From Firmicutes bacterium UBA4996 (GTDB lineage Bacteria; Bacillota; Limnochordia; Darwinibacteriales; Darwinibacteriaceae), in the NCBI GenBank assembly GCA_002396805.1, contig DGYW01000046.1:5811-53487 (forward strand): a stretch of DNA of 47,677 nt, given 5' to 3'. The notes below the pieces were generated by a model. That model was not told the DNA's origin. It saw only the letters and a program-made list of their open reading frames with translations, and made no database searches. Below are positions 37,836 through 45,210 of the stretch, one piece after another. The position numbers were made by a program, and so were the translations under genes. Position 1 is the stretch's first letter. Each line of letters begins with the position of its first letter.

Positions 37836-40805
37836 TTAATCAGTGACCCAGTACAAGCGACGATCTTGAGGTTCTAGTTCCTCAAGTGCCACAGGTAACT
37901 CAAACTCTATCCGTTTGCGGGTAATCTCCTCATTAATCAGACGATTGTAGTCAGCCAAAGTATCCCGGGCCGGTTTGTTGTTATAAACAACTTGCCTAAA
38001 AGCATTATCTAGATATCGACCAATCATATAGCCACCAGGAACTTCTGGTACACCTTTGGTCCAGCGCCACTGGGTAATCAGTTTATCGTATTCCTCCACA
38101 GACCAAGGTAGTCCCGCTAGAGCCTCCACATTGGCGGTGGCATAACGTCCTGCAGGTCCCAACACACTCTCAATCTGGCGACCGAACTCCATTTGAACTT
38201 CGGTACTCGTCCACCACTTTAAAAACTCCCAAGCCTCATCCACCTTGTTAGAAGCTTCCATGATGATGGAGCCCGTCTGGGCAGAACCAGCAGGTGTAGA
38301 ACGATTGATGCTTCCGTCGGCCTGTTCGGTTCCAGGTACGAGGGTGAAGCCCCATTTACCCCTTAGCTCGGGGGCAAAAACCTGGAGTTCGTTATACAGT
38401 CCATAGTTAGCGATCAAGAAAGGCATTTCGCCCATACGAAAACGGTTAATGGCATTATAATCCAAAGGCAATTTGTACAATTCATAAAGTTCAGTCCATT
38501 GACTAAAGGCAGCCACAGAAGTCTCATGATCAAGATTAGTGGCTATACCGTCTTCAACGAATAGCTCTTCGCCCTGTTGGTAAAGGAAACTTAAAAGGGT
38601 TAACACACCCCCACTTGAAGAGAGACTACCAATAGTACCGCTCACATCACCAATGGCCCCACTGGCCGCTTTTGCCGGCACTGAATAGGGCAAACCAAAC
38701 TCCATGTTCCGTTTCTGCAGAACTGGAATAATGTCGAAGACTTCCTCCCAAGTGTTGGGAACTTGTAGCCCCAGTTCGTGCACGATATCACTGCGATAAA
38801 ACAACATCAAGAAAGACTGTTGGTCAGGTAGGGCGTACACACTATCCCGGAATTGGAAAGGTACAATAGCACTGGGCATAAACCGATCCACTACTGCATC
38901 AAAGGACTCCAATTTTGCCAAATCCACTACTCCTCCACGGAAGGCGAAGTTGATGGGCTGGGCAGCTGGAACGCCCATAGCTACGTCGGGTCCCTTGCCA
39001 GCTAAAGTCGCAGGCAAAAGGACACCCATACTAACCAATTCTAGATTCACAGGAATACCCGTTTGTGGTGTGAAATTGTTCTCAATAAGACGTTTTAAAA
39101 TTTGAGCCTGGTCGCGGCCCCAACCGATCCACACTTTTAAGGGTTCGGTTTCACCTTCGTACACATCCCCAACTAATTGGTAGTTGTGCGTATAAGAAGC
39201 AGCGAAAGCCCTGCTTTCGTGCTGAAGCCGTTCTCTTGGCGTAGCCTGGGCCAAAGGCATGTCTTGATCCGGCGATGAAATGATTACATAGTCAATAGCC
39301 AAGGGTTGTTTACGCACACTTAACAGCCAGGTTCCTAACGAGCCTAAGTTATCCCTAAACTTCGCTAGACGAGTAGGTATAGTATCGGGACTAGCAGAAA
39401 GTGTTCCTAATTGCCGGGCTAGATCCCTCAAAAGAACGGTAGCACCACCCTTTTGCCCAGTGTATTCTTCCAGTTGATCTGCCAATTCTCCCACAATTTT
39501 CTCTTGTCTCTGCATGGTTTCAATCAAACTTGGAATCCGCTTTGGTAGTTCGTAGGTTCTCATGGGATCGGGAGTTGGCGAAGTGATCATCACAATCTGA
39601 CGATATAAAGAGTTAAGTTCATAGACGCTAGATTCTACCGTGCGAATAATGTCCACTAAGTCCCCTAACACTACTTCCATGGTGAGGGTGTGAGTACCCT
39701 TTGTCAGGTAAACAAGATACGGTTCTTCTCCACCTTCGGGTCCTAAGACATTTAGTTCGTAGTTTGAGCTATAGGGGAAACGTACTGCATTTAGTTCTTG
39801 AAACGGTACTTCATCATCAATGTAAATCCGCCGGTTACTATACCAGCCCCGAATTTGGTTTTGCTTACCCTTAATGGCAATTTGATACAAACCATCCTGC
39901 GGTACCTCAAAGTCCCAACGTACCCATTGGCCCGTTTGGCTCCAGCTATCTCCGCCAATCATATTGAGGCGAATTAATGCTGGATGGTAAGGTTCCATCG
40001 TTGGATCCCCTTGATCAAAAAGAGGCGAAATTGTGGAATCAGAACGGTAAGAAGAATCCCTTTCTTGCAGTTTCACTAACACATTCTGTGCAGGCTTGTA
40101 GTTTTGCTCCTTATAGTAAGCCACAACTTCTGCATAGGATGGACTAGGATCCGCTTGATATAAACGCAAGCTATAAATCTGCATAGGTTCTCGTCGCGAT
40201 CTCAAGGTGATGGTATTGAGCCCCTCTTCTAGATAGAAGAGATAGGGTTCAGCGTAATCGCCCATAGAATCACTGGCTAGCTTCGTTTGCCACATGGGAA
40301 ATTCACGTTGCAAAGGACGAAGCTCATTACCCTGATTGTCCATGCGAATGGGCTCCGCATCTCCCCACACTCGAGAGAAGACTAAATACTTAGCACCTTC
40401 AAACGGCACGGCGCCATTAATTTCGATAGCTCGCTCCATAGAGATACCTCGACCAGGTACCGGAAAATACTCGATGGCTAGATTATAAAAACCAGCTCGA
40501 GGCACATTAACCAACCACGCCATATATCCCCAGTCTTCCGTTACGACCGCATAATCGTCCTTCTCTGGCACATAGACTAACTCGCCTTCCATGTCTGTTG
40601 CGACAAAGTTTTTGCCAAGAACCAAGAGATCGGCCTCACCCAACTGGGCGCCTGCCTCTGAGTGTTGGCGTAGATAAGATTCATAGCTCATTAGTTCTTC
40701 AAAACCGGTTACTGCCAGCCGGCCTTGAGCCTGAAGAGGACGAATTGGTAAGCACAATAATATGCCGATCATAAGAAAGAACAATACCTTGGCCAACCTA
40801 CTCAT
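37836..40805 (-). CDS. Giant extracytoplasmic solute-binding protein (about 550 aa N-terminal extension plus family 1 SBP)
   Basis: Signal peptide. The C-terminal part has LKVWIGWGRDQ, FTPQTGI, GPDV, MLFYRSDI, PNTWEE, AWEFLKWW and PGGY. The N-terminal part has two related beta-sandwich repeats. Confidence 0.88.
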   Translation of the reverse strand: MSRLAKVLFFLMIGILLCLPIRPLQAQGRLAVTGFEELMSYESYLRQHSEAGAQLGEADLLVLGKNFVATDMEGELVYVPEKDDYAVVTEDWGYMAWLVNVPRAGFYNLAIEYFPVPGRGISMERAIEINGAVPFEGAKYLVFSRVWGDAEPIRMDNQGNELRPLQREFPMWQTKLASDSMGDYAEPYLFYLEEGLNTITLRSRREPMQIYSLRLYQADPSPSYAEVVAYYKEQNYKPAQNVLVKLQERDSSYRSDSTISPLFDQGDPTMEPYHPALIRLNMIGGDSWSQTGQWVRWDFEVPQDGLYQIAIKGKQNQIRGWYSNRRIYIDDEVPFQELNAVRFPYSSNYELNVLGPEGGEEPYLVYLTKGTHTLTMEVVLGDLVDIIRTVESSVYELNSLYRQIVMITSPTPDPMRTYELPKRIPSLIETMQRQEKIVGELADQLEEYTGQKGGATVLLRDLARQLGTLSASPDTIPTRLAKFRDNLGSLGTWLLSVRKQPLAIDYVIISSPDQDMPLAQATPRERLQHESRAFAASYTHNYQLVGDVYEGETEPLKVWIGWGRDQAQILKRLIENNFTPQTGIPVNLELVSMGVLLPATLAGKGPDVAMGVPAAQPINFAFRGGVVDLAKLESFDAVVDRFMPSAIVPFQFRDSVYALPDQQSFLMLFYRSDIVHELGLQVPNTWEEVFDIIPVLQKRNMEFGLPYSVPAKAASGAIGDVSGTIGSLSSSGGVLTLLSFLYQQGEELFVEDGIATNLDHETSVAAFSQWTELYELYKLPLDYNAINRFRMGEMPFLIANYGLYNELQVFAPELRGKWGFTLVPGTEQADGSINRSTPAGSAQTGSIIMEASNKVDEAWEFLKWWTSTEVQMEFGRQIESVLGPAGRYATANVEALAGLPWSVEEYDKLITQWRWTKGVPEVPGGYMIGRYLDNAFRQVVYNNKPARDTLADYNRLINEEITRKRIEFELPVALEELEPQDRRLYWVTD

Positions 40806-40809
40806 GCCC

Positions 40810-41913
40810 TCACCTCCCCTTACTACCCTTTAACCTAGCGCATGAGTCTCGTTCAATTAATCTTGTGGGATAATAATATTGAGTCAAGTAACCAGGTTCA
40901 AGATCACAGTTTTCAATCTGGTCGATCAATAGACTGACCGCCTTGGCCCCAATTGCCTCCGTATGTTGAGTTATGGTTGTCAAAGAGACGTCTAGCATTT
41001 TGACAATACTTAGATCGTCAAAACTGACAATGGAAAAATCTTCAGGAATATCAAGGCCTAGCTCCCGACAGGCCCGTACCACGTCTCTAGCCACCAAGGC
41101 GTTACCTACGACTAAACCTGTACACTCCCGTTTGATCAGAAACTGTTTGAGGTCCTTAACCCCAGTTTCAAAATCGTACGTAAAGGTTGGACCAACAGGT
41201 AATCCCCGTTCCTTAAAAGCTTCTCTAAAGCCAGTAAGGCGATCATGGATACTACTACTTAGGTCCCCCTTATGGCTAACAAAAGCAATCTGAGAGTGCC
41301 CCAAGTCCAGCAAATGTCTAGCCGCTTGATTTCCACCTTGGACGTTATCCGAGACTACGCAATTAGTCTGTAGCCCCTCAATGGCTCGATCCACGAGCAC
41401 AAAGGGAAATCCCTCTCGCTTTAGGGGAACCGTTCCTTGCCCACCACCTTGATCAGTTGAAGGCATAATAATGAGACCTGCAACGCCCTCTTCTCTGAGG
41501 CGACGGATACCTTCCGCTTCTTTGGCACTATCGTTATCTGTTGTGTACAGGGTCATGCTATAAGGCGTACCCCGTAGAGCCTTTTGCATACCACTTAGGA
41601 GCATCATCTCAATTTCCGCATCGCAGAAGGGCATAACAATGCCGATGGAATCAACTCTTTTAGCGAGGCCGTTGGTTTTTTCCCGCACATAGGTACCACT
41701 ACCTTGAACTCTAAAGAGAATATCCTCTTCCACCAATTCTTGCAGGGCCCGCCGTACAGTATAACGGCTGATCTTCAAGTTTTCGGCCAACTCCCGCTCA
41801 GGGGGAATCAGCTCGCCGGATTTAAATACCCCTTGTTCGATCTGCTCCACAATGTAATCCCTAACCTGTAAATAGAGCATTCGCCGATCATGAAATCCAG
41901 TGGCATTTTCCAT
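40810..41913 (-). CDS. GntR-HTH / LacI-type sugar-binding chimeric repressor (AraR-like)
   Basis: IPPERELAE..ISRYTVRRALQELV..G.GTYV, followed by PFVLVDR, SDN, HLLDLGH, IPEDFSIVSFDD, LTTI and LIERDS. Confidence 0.93.
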   Translation of the reverse strand: MENATGFHDRRMLYLQVRDYIVEQIEQGVFKSGELIPPERELAENLKISRYTVRRALQELVEEDILFRVQGSGTYVREKTNGLAKRVDSIGIVMPFCDAEIEMMLLSGMQKALRGTPYSMTLYTTDNDSAKEAEGIRRLREEGVAGLIIMPSTDQGGGQGTVPLKREGFPFVLVDRAIEGLQTNCVVSDNVQGGNQAARHLLDLGHSQIAFVSHKGDLSSSIHDRLTGFREAFKERGLPVGPTFTYDFETGVKDLKQFLIKRECTGLVVGNALVARDVVRACRELGLDIPEDFSIVSFDDLSIVKMLDVSLTTITQHTEAIGAKAVSLLIDQIENCDLEPGYLTQYYYPTRLIERDSCARLKGSKGR

Positions 41914-41996
41914 TGCCTACACCTCTCTACTGGGAACATCAACCATTTCACCCGTTTTATGATTTTTACCAGACCATTTTTCAGTTCTGGTCTACT

Positions 41997-42030
41997 CTTC
42001 TCCAAAGGAGGAGAAAAATCCTCCTTTGGA
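41997..42030 (-). promoter_or_regulatory. 12-bp perfect inverted repeat overlapping a sigma-H-like promoter of the regulator
   Basis: TCCAAAGGAGGA-N6-TCCTCCTTTGGA (42001-42030). The minus strand also reads GGAGGATTT-(N18)-GAAG. Confidence 0.55.
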
Positions 42031-42060
42031 TTTATCTTTGTTAATACAAATTACAAATGA

Positions 42061-45000
42061 TTACTTAATCTTAAATGTGCGGATTTCATAGGGATTAAGA
42101 ACGAAACTGAAGCCATTAGCCTCAAAACTGACCTTTTCGTCCCCTTTTTCCATTAAATTGCACTCCACAACATTTTTCAGCGTTTCAGGGAGCGTTACTC
42201 GTACTTCGTCCCGGCGATTGCCAAATTCGTAAAAGCGCAACACCATTTCCGTACCATCTTCCGATTTTTTCACAGTATCCAAGATGGTACTAGATCCGTC
42301 TACCTGCAGTAATTGGGCTGTGCTAGCCAACTCACCAGAGATAGTAGCACTGTAAACACCCAAGAGAGGATAATTGAGCTCGTACCCGGCTTGGGTAGTC
42401 TTAGCCTCATACCAATCACCTGTGTGTGGTAGCAAACTGTAAACAAACTCGTGATAACCTTGATCCGCCTTCGGGTCAGGATCAATACCTGACTTAATGA
42501 GCGTTAGTCTAATTACACTGTCCTTGATGTCGTGACCGTATTTGCTGTCGTTGAGCAGACTAACCCCATAATCTCGTTCTGAGAGATCAACCCATTTTTG
42601 CGCCACAGTCTCGAATTTTGCATAATCCCAGCTGGTATTCCAATGGGTAGGCCGTTCTACGTTACCAAACTGGATCTCGTAAGTGGCCTTCGTGCTCCGA
42701 ACATCAACCGGAAAAGCCGCTTTTAACAAAACTTGCTGTTCATGCCAATCCACCTCAGTCTTAAAATCGATGGCTCGACTGTCGGCATAAACATAAATCC
42801 TCTGAGTAATAGTGGAATCTAAGAACTTCCACTCCAAGCCCACAACTACCCGGTCCGGACCGTCTTCTAATACTTCCCACTTAGTCAGATTGTCCACAAG
42901 ATATTGCTTTTCTTGATAGTAAAGATCGATGTCCCAGGCATCAAAATTCATGGGCCGGTCTTCAAAGGCTTGCAACTCGTTGGCGATCATACCCGCCGGA
43001 ACAACCTCACGTTGGGCCTCCTTGTCATACAGGGAAACGATTTGCCCTTGGTTGTTAAAGATAATTTTGTAGAACTTCGATTCAATAACCCGCTCCTTGA
43101 TCGTTACGCCTGACTCCAGAGCAGGTGCGGTGCTTCCGTCGTCTGGCTTCACCAAGAAGGTAGTATAACCCAAGGCAGGAATAGTTGGAACAGTAACTTC
43201 GATCTCTTTTTTACCCTGATATTCCACCGTTTTAGCTAGCAACCTTGTACCATTTTCTGTCCAAAAGCCTTTTCCTTCCAGCTCAGGATCCCAAGGAACG
43301 CTCACGATGCCCCTTCGATCCCAAGAGAGCGAGTTGAAGACCACTAATTTTTCTCCGTCAACTGCCACCTGATCTCCCAGGAGCTGCAAGGCTGCTTCTT
43401 GTTGGGCTTCCGCCGAGGCAAAAAGGGTTGCAAACTCTTCCGCTGCATCTTCATAGACCTCTGTGATGGACGAACCTGGCAGAATGTCATGGAATTGGTT
43501 GCGCAGCAAGATTTTCCAGTTCTCGTTAATCTCATCCTGAGGATAACTATGCCCCGCCACATTGCGCAAAGCTAAGGTGTGTAAGAACTCCACATCATGG
43601 AGGAGTACTTCGCTTTTACGGTTATCTCGTTTGATTTTTCCTTGAGATGTATAGGTGCCCCGATGGTACTCTAGGTAAAGCTCACCATCTACTACTGGCA
43701 AACGGGCAGCCCCTTCCACACGAGCCTCTAGGCGCTCGAAGTAAGGCTCCACCTTCCCAAACTCAATCTGGGGAATGGCTGGTAACTCCTGCATCCTCTT
43801 GCCCATCTCAAGCATCTCTTTTGTGGGACCACCTCCTCCATCACCCCAACCATAGGCGATGAGCAATTCATTGTTAATCTCTTTTTGCTGGTAATGCTCC
43901 CAACTCCGTTGGGCAGTGGCCGGATTTAACATACCATTATAGGTATAGAATTGTGGCCTCGGCGCCTCTGTTGCGGTTATAAAGTGAGTTAATACCTCGG
44001 TCCCATCTAGACCACGCCACATAAAGGTGTCATAGGTAGGACGATTGTATTGACTCCAGCTGATCTTAGTGGTCATGAAGTACTTCAGCCCACTTTTGAT
44101 AATAATCTGGGGTAAGGCCCACGAATAACCAAACACGTCTGGTAGCCACAGCACGCTGCATTCAACCCCAAACTCCTCTTCCATGAAGCGGGTGCCTAGA
44201 AGAAACTGGCGCACCAAAGACTCGCCAGAGGGCACATTACAGTCAGCTTCTACCCACATACCGCCAGTTACTTCCCAATTACCGGCTGCCACATTGGCCT
44301 TAATCTGGTCGTAAATCTCAGGATAATCCTGTTTAATGTAATCGTACAGCTGGGGCTGACTTTGGATAAACTGATACTCAGGGTATTCGCGCATCAGGTG
44401 ATTAACTGTGGAAAAAGTACGAGAACTTTTTTCACGAGTGTGCTTTAGTTGCCACAGCCAAGCTACGTCAATGTGGGAATGACCAACTGCGGTAATGAGC
44501 GGCTTGTTTTCCACCGCCGGCTTGTATTCGGCGAGGCGTTGTTTTAGGGCCTCATTTGCCTTCGCAATGGATTGATAAAACTCTGGAGAACCGGCTTTCA
44601 AAAAGTCAGTGGCGTTAATGGCGTCATTCAAAAAGGTAATTAAACTCTCCCGATCATAGTTGCCTTCAGGTAAGACCTTAATGGTCTCTAACATGGCCAA
44701 AGCTCTAAAGTAAAAATCTTCAGCGGCCACGTTAATTTTCACAACTGAAGCAGCTCTGAACCAACGGATCTCGTGTTGTAACCCGCTAAATGCTTTGAGG
44801 GCAACTTTGATCTTGCCCTTACTCTTCCACTCGGGCAAAACGTGGATTTGATGGTGATTGGTGTCCAAACCTTGGGTAGGTACTCCATCAATATAAGCCA
44901 AGGTCTCAGAGCCAGCTAAGCCCCCCTCTTGACCTGAACCAGGAGTGAAAAAGAGGGCCACTTTGTGGTCACGCCACTCTTGAGGAATCTCCACATCTGT

Positions 45001-45204
45001 TCTAAACCAATGAATTTGATCCCGACCACCCCAAGAGCTTCCAGTCTTGAAATCAGCCCACTTGCTATCATCAAATTCCACCTTATGGGCGCCTTCCACA
45101 TCCTCAGGGCAGTGCTTAAAACTCTCGATCTTGATTGTTTCTTCAAAAATATACTTTTTGAGATCGCCGATATATTTCTGTGCTTTGTTTATAGTAAAAT
45201 ACAT
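42061..45204 (-). CDS. Alpha-mannosidase, GH38 (Man2C1/Ams1-like), cytoplasmic
   Basis: GHSHIDVAWLW (Zn site), SGESLVRQ, WLPDVFG (nucleophile), GDGGGGP, ELYLEYHRGTYTSQ, NQFHDILPGS. No signal peptide. Confidence 0.95.
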   Translation of the reverse strand: MYFTINKAQKYIGDLKKYIFEETIKIESFKHCPEDVEGAHKVEFDDSKWADFKTGSSWGGRDQIHWFRTDVEIPQEWRDHKVALFFTPGSGQEGGLAGSETLAYIDGVPTQGLDTNHHQIHVLPEWKSKGKIKVALKAFSGLQHEIRWFRAASVVKINVAAEDFYFRALAMLETIKVLPEGNYDRESLITFLNDAINATDFLKAGSPEFYQSIAKANEALKQRLAEYKPAVENKPLITAVGHSHIDVAWLWQLKHTREKSSRTFSTVNHLMREYPEYQFIQSQPQLYDYIKQDYPEIYDQIKANVAAGNWEVTGGMWVEADCNVPSGESLVRQFLLGTRFMEEEFGVECSVLWLPDVFGYSWALPQIIIKSGLKYFMTTKISWSQYNRPTYDTFMWRGLDGTEVLTHFITATEAPRPQFYTYNGMLNPATAQRSWEHYQQKEINNELLIAYGWGDGGGGPTKEMLEMGKRMQELPAIPQIEFGKVEPYFERLEARVEGAARLPVVDGELYLEYHRGTYTSQGKIKRDNRKSEVLLHDVEFLHTLALRNVAGHSYPQDEINENWKILLRNQFHDILPGSSITEVYEDAAEEFATLFASAEAQQEAALQLLGDQVAVDGEKLVVFNSLSWDRRGIVSVPWDPELEGKGFWTENGTRLLAKTVEYQGKKEIEVTVPTIPALGYTTFLVKPDDGSTAPALESGVTIKERVIESKFYKIIFNNQGQIVSLYDKEAQREVVPAGMIANELQAFEDRPMNFDAWDIDLYYQEKQYLVDNLTKWEVLEDGPDRVVVGLEWKFLDSTITQRIYVYADSRAIDFKTEVDWHEQQVLLKAAFPVDVRSTKATYEIQFGNVERPTHWNTSWDYAKFETVAQKWVDLSERDYGVSLLNDSKYGHDIKDSVIRLTLIKSGIDPDPKADQGYHEFVYSLLPHTGDWYEAKTTQAGYELNYPLLGVYSATISGELASTAQLLQVDGSSTILDTVKKSEDGTEMVLRFYEFGNRRDEVRVTLPETLKNVVECNLMEKGDEKVSFEANGFSFVLNPYEIRTFKIK

Positions 45205-45210
45205 CCTCTA

